Positions 13,857 to 26,340 are shown, counted from the whole stretch's first letter. The stretch is 63,373 nucleotides of DNA, filler included, from Octopus bimaculoides (GCF_001194135.2; 9 parts of 7 records of this genome joined end to end with filler, not necessarily neighbours in it), one strand, 5' to 3'. The notes: generated by a model from the sequence alone, not told the origin. A program made the numbers and translations.

Positions 13857-14119
13857 GAGAGAGAGTAATGAAATAGTAAAGGTGAGAGCTAGTTATATAT
13901 ACTTATACAGAAAATATATTTGTTCTGGTGTATAACACACACACAGGCATCCATACACACATATACACTAATGTGTATATGCACAGGCATCCATGCACAC
14001 ATATACACTAACAATCACACGTATACGTGTGTATATATATATAACATATAATATATATAATATACGATTATATATATATATAATTCATATGCATGTATGT
14101 AAATGTAAGTATGTATTTT

Positions 14120-14174
<55 letters not shown>

Positions 14175-14349
14175 GAATATATGGATGTACAAACACACAT
14201 ACACATACATATATATATACATATATATATATATAAACACGCACATATATGTTTATATATAAACATAAATGTATATATGTATGTATATACACACACATAT
14301 ATATATACACACATATATATACACACGCACACACGCACACACACACACG

Positions 14350-14384
<35 letters not shown>

Positions 14385-14981
14385 CGTGGAGGGGTTTATG
14401 TCTTCATTGAGTAACTGGAAACCAAACAATGATACAAGGATTGAACATCGTGAAATGTGAAAGAAAGGGTGAGAGAATGAATTTCCAATGGACCATATAA
14501 CGAAGAAGTGTCGAGCTCATTGAATATCTTCCGTTACAAAGAAGATTCTTCCTACTTTTGCTTGCTCTGGCGGAAAGCTACTCATCGTCAGTGAAGCAAT
14601 ACATAGCACTCGGTCACTAGGGTTAGATAGATGTGTGTCAGATTGCGTATGCGCGTGTGAGTACACATATATGTACGTGTACATACACACACGCACACAC
14701 ACAGAAACGCGGTAACACATGCACATACATACATACATACATACATACATACATACATACATACATACATACATGCATACATACATACATACATACATAC
14801 ATGTGTGTGTGTATTTGGTTACGCAGACGGGAGAAATCAAACTCAAAACATGAGTATATATATATGTATTTTATTTATTATTGCCAGACGTTACAGAGTG
14901 ACTCAAGGGCCACGAATTTCGTGTGTTGGCATTTCAGCTACACTGTAACTTTGACTACTAATTTGTAGTGTGTAAATATAT

Positions 14982-15070
<89 letters not shown>

Positions 15071-15231
15071 AGTTTTTAAAAGTGAGCTATCTGTGACTTC
15101 CGCGGTCATTTGACTTCTATCTCTTGCAAAGCTGATTCTATTCCATTACCCCCATACTTTTTAAACTTTCCTGCACTATTCACGCTTTGAATAGCCATTA
15201 ATATTATTAATTTTATCATTATTAATATACT

Positions 15232-15275
<44 letters not shown>

Positions 15276-15964
15276 NNNNNNNNNNNNNNNNNNNNNNNNN
15301 NNNNNNNNNNNNNNNNNNNTTAATTAATTAANNNNNNNNNNNNNNNNNNNNNNNNNNNNNNNNNNNNNNNNNNNNGGCGGTGGCGGTGGCGGTGGTGGCG
15401 GTGGTAGTCGATACTGTCGTCGTTGTTGTAGCATCACTATTAGATAGATGGGAAATGTACGGGCTTCCATACACAACCCCATCTACCCAAATAGAATAAA
15501 CATACATAGAACTACAATGACGTACATATTCATTCTTAATCAGTCTCGGTAGATTCGAACGCAAATATGCGAATCGCTGTTGTATTTTGTCTACGGAGTT
15601 CTCCTTCTCCTTGCAGATAATGTGTGTTCACAATAAACTCGATTCATCGATGTTGGGAAACTTTGATTGGTTATTACGTGCGCCATTGTTGTTTAGATTC
15701 ATTGATAAGGACATGTAGCAATATCTAGCAGAATCGAAACCAAATCGCTTTGTAGCCGAGTAAGCACCACGGCTAAGTCACTGATGTTTCACATTAACGG
15801 CCGTTATGTCTGTTTGCTCGAAAGTGGATATTAAAAAGTCCATAAATAAAGATCGATAAAATAAGCACCTGACACAATTGACTAAAACTCTTCAGGCTCT
15901 GTACCCCAGCATTATTCAAGTCCAAAGAATGACATCAGTAAAAGAATAAAGGAATATTTATATA

Positions 15965-16126
15965 GGCACGTGCCTGGCAGAGAGCTAAGAAGGTTGCTTC
16001 CCACCCACATGGTTCCGGGTTCAGTTCCATTGCACAATACCTTCGACAAATGTCTTCTACTATAGCCTCGAGCCCACCAAAGCATTGTGAGTGGATTTGG
16101 TAGACGGAAACTGAAAGAAGCGCGTC

Positions 16127-16176
<50 letters not shown>

Positions 16177-16460
16177 AGCAAGAGAGTCACTCACGGTCCG
16201 GTAATTTCGTATGTTAGCTCTTATCAATATATGTATATGTATATATGTATGTGTGTTTTGCGTTTGTGTTTGTCCTCCCAACTGGTCGTGGTTTGTTTAC
16301 GTCCCCGTAACTTAACGGTTCAGTAAGAGATATCGATAGCATAAGTACTAGGCTTAGAAAAACGTAAGTAGTTGTTTCGATTGAGTCGACTAAAAAAATT
16401 CTTAAAGGCAGTGCTCCAGCATGGTCGCAGTCTAACGACCGAAACAAATAAAGGATGAAA
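15965..16460 (+). mobile_element. SINE family B copy with internal (TA)n
   Basis: catggttccgggttcagttcc...ggaaactgaaagaag-(TA)n...gtgctccagcatggtcgcag. Confidence 0.75.
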
Positions 16461-16471
16461 GATATACTTAC

Positions 16472-16616
16472 AGTGTTCCTTTGAAACCGTCTTGGCATAG
16501 ACACGCACCATTCAAATGGTCGCAAGTTGCTCCGTTTTTGCATTTACACATCGATTGACAATTTACACCATATGTATTCTCTGGACACTCATTCTGGCAT
16601 TTTCCACCAGTCCAGC
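16472..16616 (-). CDS. MEGF10: Draper/CED-1/MEGF10-like receptor, coding exon 6 (145 bp; EGF/laminin-EGF repeats)
   Basis: ttacag|...|gtaagt. Encodes WTGGKCQNECPENTYGVNCQSMCKCKNGATCDHLNGACLCQDGFKGT. Phase 1 to phase 2. Not in the ORF track. Confidence 0.92.
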
Positions 16617-16648
16617 CTGTAAATTATCAAAACATAAATAAGTATATA

Positions 16649-16755
16649 GATAGATGTTTTCGATCTAGTTTAGTTTGGATTTTTTGCCATCAAATCTGAT
16701 TGCAAAGAATTCAAATTTGATGGCAAAGAATCCAAACTAGATCGAAAACATCTAT
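16649..16755. repeat. Intronic hairpin (~40-bp arms)
   Basis: tagatgttttcgatctagttt(agttt)ggattttttgccatcaaat pairs with atttgatggcaaagaatccaaactagatcgaaaacatcta. Confidence 0.8.
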
Positions 16756-16769
16756 ATACATATATATAT

Positions 16770-16880
16770 TAGTGCCTTATTATTTAACACACGCACCGGT
16801 AAAGTTTCTACTCATTTACATATTTATTTTTCTAAAATTTGGAAACTTTACCGGTGAGTGTGTTAAATAATAAGGCACTA
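16770..16880. mobile_element. 111-bp MITE with 39-bp TIRs
   Basis: tagtgccttattatttaacacacgcaccggtaaagtttc vs gaaactttaccggtgagtgtgttaaataataaggcacta, one mismatch. Confidence 0.85.
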
Positions 16881-17589
16881 AAAGAGAATGACTCTCCCCA
16901 GACACAGCAAAATATGCTTCATCACACGAACTCACATAAAGAATCTTGCAAACCAAATCCCAAAACGAAATATATATATATATGTATATATTCTGTAAGC
17001 ATGAAAGATCTGGTAATCATTTCTCCAGAGCAACACTTTGTGCTATCTTCATCCTGTTATAGAAACTTTATTCTTACCCAGCAAGAATTGTAAGATGTCT
17101 GCATTATAAGAATTTAAAACCTTTGAAAGGTATGAAGCAAATCCTTTTTAATGGTGGAACTTCGAAACAGGTAAAACTGTCGCGCTGGGATATCGAACCC
17201 AAGAGCAAGAGGTTACAAGATGAACACCTTAATTACACACCCACACTTTTGTCCGAACGCTACAACATCCTATTTCAACATCCCCTAAGTAGGTAATCCC
17301 CTTCCCATTTAAATACTTAATCTCCTCTCTTCCCTAAATACATAATCCAGTTACTCCTCTCCCTTCAATACATAATCCCATTTCTAGTTCCCTTAAAAAC
17401 GTAAATGAAAACAAAAGCTAATTATGTACATCAAGCATCGTTAAGCTAATTGCTATATTGTATTCGGCGAATTAAATTGAAACTTTGTAAGTGTGACTTT
17501 AGGAAAGGTGTAAACATCACATGACAATGGGGTTTGCGACCACTGAGAGTGCTCCTGTTGTTTACTCATCTGAGCAACGTCCTGTTTGA

Positions 17590-17988
17590 ATTGTTGTTGT
17601 TGTTGTTGTTGACACTCCGTCGTTTACGATGACGTGGGTTCCGGTTGATCCGATCAACGGAACAGCCTGCTCGTGAAATTAACGTGCAAGTGGCTGAGCA
17701 CTCCACAGACACGTGTACCCTTAACGTAGTTCTCGGGGATATTTAGCGTGACACGAGTGTGACAAGGCTGGCCCTTTGAATTACAGGCACAACAGAAACT
17801 GGAAGTAAGAGTGAGAGAAAGTTGTGGTGAAAGAGTACAGCAGGGATCGCCACCATCCCCTGCCGGAGCCTCGTGGAGCTTTTAGGTGTTTTCGCTCAAT
17901 AAACACTCACAACGCCCGGTCTGGGAATCGAAACCGCGATCCTATGACCGAGAGTCCGCTACCCTAACCACTGGGCCATTGCACCTCC
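17590..17988 (-). mobile_element. tRNA-derived SINE family D with (AAC)n tail
   Basis: Minus-strand head gtggaggtgcaatggcccagtggttaggg...ggtttcgattccc has A- and B-box-like motifs. Confidence 0.8.
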
Positions 17989-18320
17989 ACCCTGTTTGAA
18001 CTATAATATTAATGGCAGCGAAGAGAGCGAGCTGGCGGTTTCATTAACGAGCCAGGCAAAATGCTTAGCGGTATTTCGGCCGTTTTCACGTTTTGAGTTC
18101 AAATTTCGCCGACATCGACTTATCCTTTCAGAGTCGATGAAATGACTACCTGTTAAGCATTGTATGTATGTATGTATGTATTATACAGGGCTGCAATACT
18201 TTTGGGATCATAAGTCTGCTAAATCAAAGCTGACTTGGGGCAAACGCCAACAATGACAAATATTGTCACCACCTTGTAAACTGTATTGCTCTATGTAGAG
18301 AATGAGTAAAGAAACTATAC

Positions 18321-18422
18321 CTGGAATACATTGGCAGATCCCTGTAATAGGTTCGCACGATCCGTGTCCATTGCAGTCGCATTTCTCTACACAGTTCACT
18401 CCCCATGTGCCATTGGAACAAT
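18321..18422 (-). CDS. MEGF10: Draper/MEGF10-like exon 5 (102 bp)
   Basis: aacag|...|gtatag. Encodes CSNGTWGVNCVEKCDCNGHGSCEPITGICQCIP. Phase 1/1. Confidence 0.92.
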
Positions 18423-19162
18423 CTGTTATGCCATAAACAAAAGGAAAAAGATAACATGTATAGATAAAATATGATTCAAAATAAATAACGAAACAACATT
18501 TTATAAAATGGCCGCCCCCATAACTAAGACAACTTTTTTCTGGGTTTAAAAAAAAAAAAAATTTTTTTATGTTCATCGTTAGACTCGGAATCACATTTTG
18601 TAGAAGTTCTGGTGTAGAGATTTTAAATTACTACCAGTCTATTTTACTTCTTGAGAACTTGAAACCTAGAAATTGTGTTCAGTTTAGCGGGAGACAGCAT
18701 GAAATCGATTTTAGATTACTCTTGTGTGGCCCGCCGCATAACAATTTCAGATTCACGCATCAAATCATTTATCCATTGCATTTTTATCCCAGCAGAAAGA
18801 AAGAAAGAAAGCGAAAAGAAAGAAAGAACGAAAGAAAGGAAGAAACAAACAAACAAACAAACAAGCAAACAAATGAACAAACAAACAAGAAAGAAAAGAA
18901 AAAAATTAGGAACGAAAGAGCTGAAGAGAACGAAAGGTTAGAAAGAAGAGGGTGAAGAAAGGATATCAAAATTAGTGAAGGAAGTTAAAAAGGAAGGATG
19001 GAAGAATGAAAACAAGAAAGAAAGAAAAAACAGAAGGAAAAGGATAGGCTTTAAAGATGTTTGGAATGGTTTTAAAAGAAGGAAAGGAAGAACGTTCAAA
19101 TAAATGGTTGACGGAATAATCAGAAAGAAAAGCAACGAAATTGTCGTTTTGTTGGTACTTAC

Positions 19163-19255
19163 GGGAAGCACACGTATGTCCTCTCCATCCTGGGTGGCAA
19201 TGACACATATTGGGTGCCAGACAAATGCCGTTGTTGCAACCAAATTCACAGATTG
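19163..19255 (-). CDS. MEGF10: Draper/MEGF10-like exon 4 (93 bp; first EGF/NIM-type repeat)
   Basis: tttag|...|gtaagt. Encodes ICEFGCNNGICLAPNMCHCHPGWRGHTCAS. Phase 1/1. Confidence 0.92.
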
Positions 19256-19661
19256 CTAAAATAAATAAATAAATGGGAAAGCAAAATGGACAATCAAAAA
19301 TAGACAAAGATGCAGAGGGTAGAATCAATAAATGAGAAGATGAGCAAATGACGAAATCATTAAACTCCAAATCTTGAACGGTGATTCTTTATTCAATTTA
19401 TTAAACATTTTTTCTTTTTGCGTTATGACTTAGTTACAGTTATTGGACTGTGGACATGCTTCACACACGCATGCACACACACACACACACATATAAGGAT
19501 GAGGCATCTCCCGCAGATCCCTTAGTCGATATATGAATCACTTAGGTTTTAAAAAGAAATAGAGAAATGAAAAGAACATTCCACTCATATTGAGCAACTG
19601 GTTAAGCAATTACGTTAAGGGACTCTCGTTATTGCATTAGTTTTGGGTGACTTGTACTTAC

Positions 19662-19762
19662 GATGGCAGCGACCATTCACTTCTTCGTAGTTCATACAAC
19701 ACATGGCTGTCTTCTTGTAGACCAAGGACGACCGGACTTTCCTTCCGAGGCGATATTTTGTA
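19662..19762 (-). CDS. MEGF10: Draper/MEGF10-like exon 3 (101 bp; C-terminal half of EMI domain)
   Basis: ggtcag|...|gtaagt. Encodes TKYRLGRKVRSSLVYKKTAMCCMNYEEVNGRCH, with the EMI CC motif. Phase 2/1. Confidence 0.9.
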
Positions 19763-19840
19763 CTGACCAAAAGATAACAAATGATAATTTATAATGATTA
19801 ATTTTCCTACTAACTAAACAACAAAATGCACAGAAGTGTG

Positions 19841-19874
<34 letters not shown>

Positions 19875-20591
19875 CTCCAGCATGGGCACAGTCAAATAAA
19901 TGGCTGAAACAAAAGAATATATAAAACAAGCAAAGCAGCTAGTTGACGATGCAATCTGCATCCGATATATTGCAAGCAGGGGAGCGAACCCTTACCACCT
20001 TCTAGCAACCGAACCAGCCTGGTTTCGGACTATTTCTGCTTTTCTTCAGTGCTGGACACCTTGTCTGCTAGTGATTGCCTCAGGTCGATCAAGTTCGCAG
20101 TATATAGAAATTCAAGCGACGTTTAGTTGCTGATCTTACAACAAACAAAGCAGATAGTTATAAAATCTATGTGAGAGATGAAAACAGTAACAATACTGGC
20201 AAGTAATATTTGTCGTCATGGCTGTTTCGTACGAACGAACGTTACTGCGATTTTTTTAACCTCAAGAGGACATTTCCTCAACAACGCAACCTGCATCCGA
20301 TATATTTGACTGTGTAAGTTAGATGTACAACTGCTACTGTGTAAGTTAAAACTCCACACCAATTATCGTTATCTAGTCGGCCTCCAGTGCAGTGGCTAGT
20401 CGATCACTGTACTCGGCAGTGTTACTGATTCTAATATACTGAGCATGCGTAGCGGAAAGTTAAGATAAACACTAATATAAATATTTAGTTCCAACGTACG
20501 TTTCGTCATTACAGTTATTTGGAATTTGGCATTGGGTGTTCTATAAACAAGACAACTAAATACACAAAAAAAGTTTAGAAACATAACTTAC

Positions 20592-20687
20592 ATCCATTCT
20601 GTACATCTTGGCGGGAAGGCCAGACACCAGGTGGTCGTCTTCACTCTGAACGGTTCACGATATGTAATCATGCGAGTTTGTGTTTTC
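20592..20687 (-). CDS. MEGF10: Draper/MEGF10-like exon 2 (96 bp; EMI domain)
   Basis: (att)n-aag|...|gtaagt. Encodes KTQTRMITYREPFRVKTTTWCLAFPPRCTEW, resembling the Draper TWC..FPPRC motif. Phase 2/2. Confidence 0.88.
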
Positions 20688-20688
20688 C

Positions 20689-20729
<41 letters not shown>

Positions 20730-21142
20730 TCACTGGACATTGTTGTGTCGAATGAAAAAGGAAGAACATGTATGATTATCGACATAGCATGCTCCGGTGA
20801 CAGCAAGATCAATGTGAAAGAAGAAGAAAAAATAAACAAGTATGACGATTTGAAGTGGGAAATACGAAGGTTGGTGGTCAATGAAGAGAGTAGACGTGAT
20901 TCCAATAGTAATTGGCGGACTTGGAAGATTTAGCACTCAACTACCAAAATGGTTGAAAAAGATCGGTGCAAGTGTGAAGGTAGAACACCTACAGAAATGA
21001 ACATTGCTTGGAACTCCAACAATTCTTCGCAGGGTTCTTGAAGCATGACCAATAAACAAGTCGCACCTTAGTCTGCTGGCTGTGGACAGCTGAAACTTTC
21101 CAACATACCCAGCAAAATAAGCTCTGAAGTTTCATATATTAA
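20730..21142 (+). mobile_element. 5'-truncated R4/Dong-like LINE (REL endonuclease end) inside (AAT)n
   Basis: DIVVSNEKGRTCMIIDIACSGDSKINVKEEEKINKYDDLKWEIRRL, a frameshift, then VDVIPIVIGGLG...QK*TLLGTPTILRRVL. (AAT)n on both sides. Confidence 0.85.
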
Positions 21143-21143
21143 C

Positions 21144-21196
<53 letters not shown>

Positions 21197-21254
21197 CGAC
21201 GACGACGATGATAATGATTATGATGATAGCGATGATGATTATGATGATGATAGC

Positions 21255-21293
<39 letters not shown>

Positions 21294-22487
21294 TATGATG
21301 ATGATTATGAGGATGGTGATTCTCCCATTGTACTGCAGGTACGAGGCTTGGGTTAATGGATTAATGAGTAATGGGTTAATTGAAAGTATCTACCCCCAAA
21401 ACTTGACTGATACTTTATTTTACCGACCCTGAAGGGATAAAAAAAATCCAAAGCTGACCCTGACAGGATTTAAACTCAGAATGTAAAGAGCTGAAACAAA
21501 TGCCACAAGGGATTTTTTTCTGATGCCCTAATAATTCCACCAGCTCATTTGCTTCACAACAATGGTTTCAAATTTTGGCACAGGGCCAGCAGTTTTTGAG
21601 GGGCGGGGCGAAGCCGATTATATCAACCCCTAGTACTTGACTGGTATTTATTATATCGACCCTTGATGATAAAAGGCAAAGTCAACACCATCATCACCAC
21701 CACCACNNNNNNNNNNNNNNNNNNNNNNNNNNNNNNNNNNNNNNNNNNNNNNNNNNNNNNNNNNNNNNNNNNNNNNNNNNNNNNNNNNNNNNNNNNNNNN
21801 NNNNNNNNNNNNNNNNNNNNNNNNNNNNNNNNNNNNNNNNNNNNNNNNNNNNNNNNNNNNNNNNNNNNNNNNNNNNNNNNNNNNNNNNNNNNNNNNNNNN
21901 NNNNNNNNNNNNNNNNNNNNNNNNNNNNNNNNNNNNNNNNNNNNNNNNNNNNNNNNNNNNNNNNNNNNNNNNNNNNNNNNNNNNNNNNNNNNNNNNNNNN
22001 NNNNNNNNNNNNNNNNNNNNNNNNNNNNNNNNNNNNNNNNNNNNNNNNNNNNNNNNNNNNNNNNNNNNNNNNNNNNNNNNNNNNNNNNNNNNNNNNNNNN
22101 NNNNNNNNNNNNNNNNNNNNNNNNNNNNNNNNNNNNNNNNNNNNNNNNNNNNNNNNNNNNNNNNNNNNNNNNNNNNNNNNNNNNNNNNNNNNNNNNNNNN
22201 NNNNNNNNNNNNNNNNNNNNNNNNNNNNNNNNNNNNNNNNNNNNNNNNNNNNNNNNNNNNNNNNNNNNNNNNNNNNNNNNNNNNNNNNNNNNNNNNNNNN
22301 NNNNNNNNNNNNNNNNNNNNNNNNNNNNNNNNNNNNNNNNNNNNNNNNNNNNNNNNNNNNNNNNNNNNNTGTGATGGCAGAAACGGTAGAGTACCAGGCT
22401 GATGTCTATTCGTGGTAGCAAATTACACTTAGTTTAGATTTTGGGTTCAAAACTCCTGTAATGAGCGCGAGAAAATATTTTTCGTTC

Positions 22488-22524
<37 letters not shown>

Positions 22525-22648
22525 ATGGCCCTAAGCCGGTACCTTGCTGTTTGCGTTTCGTTTAAGCACAACTGTTATCTGTTATTGAAGTTATTATAGT
22601 AACAATAAATTTTACAAATCGAAATATAGTTTACAAAATTATACTTAC

Positions 22649-22743
22649 GTTAGAATTTTCTGACACACATTCGGTCCATTCATGTCCAATTCGCCATGGA
22701 CCAGAACCAGGATATTTAATAATAGAAGCCACAACGTAGCCAT
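22649..22743 (-). CDS. MEGF10: Draper/MEGF10-like first coding exon (signal peptide; exon spans 22649-22764)
   Basis: ttgcag|...|gtaagt. Encodes MATLWLLLLNILVLVHGELDMNGPNVCQKIL: hydrophobic signal plus the PNVC start of the EMI domain. Its phase-2 end fits exon 2. Confidence 0.88.
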
Positions 22744-23719
22744 TGAGCGGGAAGTGATTGCCTTCTGCAAAGGAAAGCATATAATATATAAGACAAAAAC
22801 TTGAATTACGGAAATATATAGCAAAACAGTGGTTGATGGGCGGTGGGGCTAATAATAAGTGTCTTAGCTTTTGTAATTGGATCATTGGAAATAATTTTTA
22901 AACCTAATATGAATCACGAATAGGGATTATGTGACTAAAATTTCGATCATGAGAATTATATCATTAAAACTGAATCAGTGAATAGATAAGCCATCGTTGG
23001 TAAAGAAGAATGATATCTCTAAAACTAGATTGCAGATTGGTATTTCATCTCAGAAACTGAATCATGAGAAGGAGGTAGTTAGTTAATCGTTTAAATTGAA
23101 TCATGGGAATGTTATCTATAATTACAACTGAATCACAGAATGGTCATTTTCTGTAAAATTGAATCATAGTTAAACACTTCTGCCGTTATATACTGATTTC
23201 TAACACGGTTACAAAATGGCGAGTACGTGGTGGGGCAGAGGGTAGGAAGTGTAGTCAAATCTATTGATCTCCGTATTTGTTTGGATCTTTATTTTATCGA
23301 TCCAGGAAGGATGAAAGCGTGAAGTCGGTTGTATTAAGAACGTAAAAGTAAAACAAAATAATAATTCATATCCGGCGCGCTGTTGTTTCAATCACACCAT
23401 CACCACTACCTCATCCACTGCCACCACCATCATATGTCTTACATTATAATAGATAAGCCGACCAGAAGGCCTCTACGTGGTCGCTAGATCTGCTAATTAT
23501 AACAACCAAGTATCCATCAAATCACATTGTACTGTCTTTACAAAAAAACAAACACGTGCACACACACACACTGTGACGTAGCCTGAGGTAAGCAATGCCT
23601 GAAAAAAAAAACCGGCTGGAATGGCCATAGATGAAATGCATTTGATCATAAACCTGATCAAATATAACTAACCTGGGGCTATTCTACAACACCAGTATAA
23701 CAGAAAGTCGAAATATATT

Positions 23720-23935
23720 ATTCTTTTCTACTCTAGGCACAAGGCCCGAAATTTTGGGCGAGTGGGGCCAGTCGATTAGATCGACTCCAGTGCGTAACTG
23801 GTACTTAATTTATCGACTGCGAAAGGATGAAAAGCAAAGTCGACCTCGCCGGAATTTGAACTCAAAACATAAAGACAGACGAAATAGCTCTAAGCATTTC
23901 GCCCGGCGTGCTGACGTTTCTGCCGGATAGCTGCC
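23720..23935 (-). mobile_element. SINE family C copy
   Basis: Reverse complement of the C consensus. Confidence 0.75.
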
Positions 23936-24375
23936 TTGCTTACAACTCTGAAAATAGTGTTAGAATACCAATATTGATTTCTTTTGACTAGGTACATTAT
24001 TCTATATTTTTAGGCAATAGGAAATGAGTTGTTATGGTAACCATTGCCTTCTCTATAGATGACAAAAATTAATTGAAATGGGATTTTGCCGGAAATTGGT
24101 CANNNNNNNNNNNNNNNNNNNNNNNNNNNNNNNNNNNNNNNNNNNNNNNNNNNNNNNNNNNNNNNNNNNNNNNNNNNNNNNNNNNNNNNNNNNNNNNNNN
24201 NNNNNNNNNNNNNNNNNNNNNNNNNNNNNNNNNNNNNNNNNNNNNNNNNNNNNNNNNNNNNNNNNNNNNNNNNNNNNNNNNNNNNNNNNNNNNNNNNNNN
24301 NNNNNNNNNNNNNNNNNNNNNNNNNNNNNNNNNNNNNNNNNNNNNNNNNNNNNNNNNNNNNNNNNNNNNNNNNNC

Positions 24376-24454
<79 letters not shown>

Positions 24455-24644
24455 GTCTATCTCTATCTCTCTCTTTGGTAAGAGGCCTGCTTCCCAATCG
24501 CATGGTCTCGGGTTCACTCCCATTGCTTGACCTTTTGGGAAAGTGCCTTCTTCTAAAGCCTCAGACCGACCAAATTCTTGTGAGGGAATTTGCTAGAGAG
24601 AAACCGAGAGAAACCCGTCATATGTATTTATGTATGTATGTATG

Positions 24645-24855
24645 TACAGTAATCTCTCGCCATATTACGGTTCACTTATCGCGGTTTATTATTTAAGCTT
24701 ACGTCGATTCCTCCATGGTGTTGTCTTGCATCTATAATAAAATAAATATATACAAATAATAGTAATAATAAAAAACAGTACAGTACTGTTTCTACTTCGC
24801 GGATTTTCACCTATCGCGGAGCGCTTTGGAACGTAACAGCCACGATAGTCAAAGT
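24645..24855. mobile_element. Tigger/pogo-like MITE remnant
   Basis: TA-cagtaatctctcgccatattacgg left end, internal ttcgcggattttcacctatcgcgg, degenerate right end. Confidence 0.45.
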
Positions 24856-26045
24856 ATGTATGTATGTATGTATGTGTTTATTGTTGAGTTTGTGTTTGTC
24901 CTCCACTACCGCTTGACAACTGGTGTTGGTTTCTTTACGTCACCAGGACTTAGCAGTTCGATGAAGAGTGCCCTATAGAATAAGTCCCAAACTTTACATG
25001 ACATTCTTAGCATATATACAAACGTGGAACGGCACAAAGCTGTAATGTCTTTTTGGTTTTTTGGTTTTTCTCTCGGTGATAATTCTCAAAGGGATCTTTC
25101 TATTAAAAACACAAGACTTCGCTCTGTTTCGTTGAAAAGTTTCTCTGCGACACAATATCACAACCAGTGCCGTTCCATGTTTGTATACGCATTATAAAAG
25201 TTGCACTCCCCCTACTCACTCACTCACTCACACACACGCACACACACACACACGCACTAGTATTTTACTAAATTATGTTTGCATAATTCATTCTATAGTC
25301 AAATAAACTCCACCATTTTTGACAGGTGCTATGCTAGTAATGATGTATTGCATTCACGTAAGCTTGCAAATCTTATTGGGAAGGGAACAATAAAGCATAT
25401 AAACCACCCACCAACATTATATGTGTGTGCACATACAACGTCTCGTGTAACCTCGTGTATTCTCATCCAAATTGGAGACGAAACGAGTACTAATACTTCC
25501 ACTTGGCACTCTCCAACAATAGGGGAGACCCTCTTCTCATGAAACTATTGGTTGCCTTGTTAACCCATAAACAAACAAGATATTTATCCATCAATGCGGT
25601 GTTGTGCACTCATCTCTGTTCGATATTAGCGTGTGTGTGTGTGTGTGTGTACACACACACACACACACGTAAACCTTATTGAAAATAAGGTTGTTGTATT
25701 TTGCCGACCGCTGGTGGGGCAGACATTTTTCTGGAAAGTTATGGTGGGGTCTGGTGGGGGAAATAGGTTGGGAAACATTGAGCTAGAGCAACAAGTCTTA
25801 AATGATATTGTTAGAAAGAGGTTGAAATTTGTGGGCGAGTAATTGTTTTAGTTCGCAGGTCAAATTTTTACAACACTAAGGTCAGGTATTGTTGTGAATT
25901 GGAGATGTAAGGTCAAATATTTGTATAGATGGAAGTGCGTATAAACACATCCAAAGAATATATAAGAAAGGGAAAGAGAAAAAGAGAAAGAAAAAACAGA
26001 GAGTAAAGGTAGTGAGAATAGTGATGGAAGTCGAACCAGTTAGGG

Positions 26046-26340
26046 TAGGGGTTTTCAAACTTTTTGACTTGCGGACCCCTTTATATTTCAGGCTTTACCT
26101 TAGGGACCTCCTTATAAACGCTTATGAAATTTATACATAAATATTTGCTTAAAATAACATATTTTTACATTTATTTATTTCACAGTATTTAACAAATAGG
26201 TTTATTGTCAATTAAAAGATTTCGATTAAAAAACATATATAAAATCAAATTGCCCATAAAAAGTATTTGCTGTCCACGGACCCCCTGTCTTGTCCTTGCG
26301 GACCCCCTGTGGCCCGCGGACCACAGTTTGAAAACCTCTG
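26046..26340. mobile_element. hAT-type (Charlie/MER5-like) non-autonomous element
   Basis: TIRs taggggttttcaaac / gtttgaaaacctctg. Perfect 8-bp TSD AGTTAGGG at 26038-26045 and 26341-26348. Confidence 0.88.

Noticed and set aside
17900-17988. tRNA-like sequences here and at other SINE heads
   Set aside because: A/B-box heads of SINEs with no complete cloverleaf or acceptor stem.
20497-20544. Possible extra Draper mini-exon (TPNAKFQITVMTK)
   Set aside because: Exon 2 splices in frame to 19762 and completes the EMI domain. This segment has a weak donor and no motif.
22631-22885. ORF-track frame AEGNHFPLNG...WTECVSENS
   Set aside because: Wrong frame. The overlapping frame gives the signal peptide and PNVC and matches the next exon's phase.
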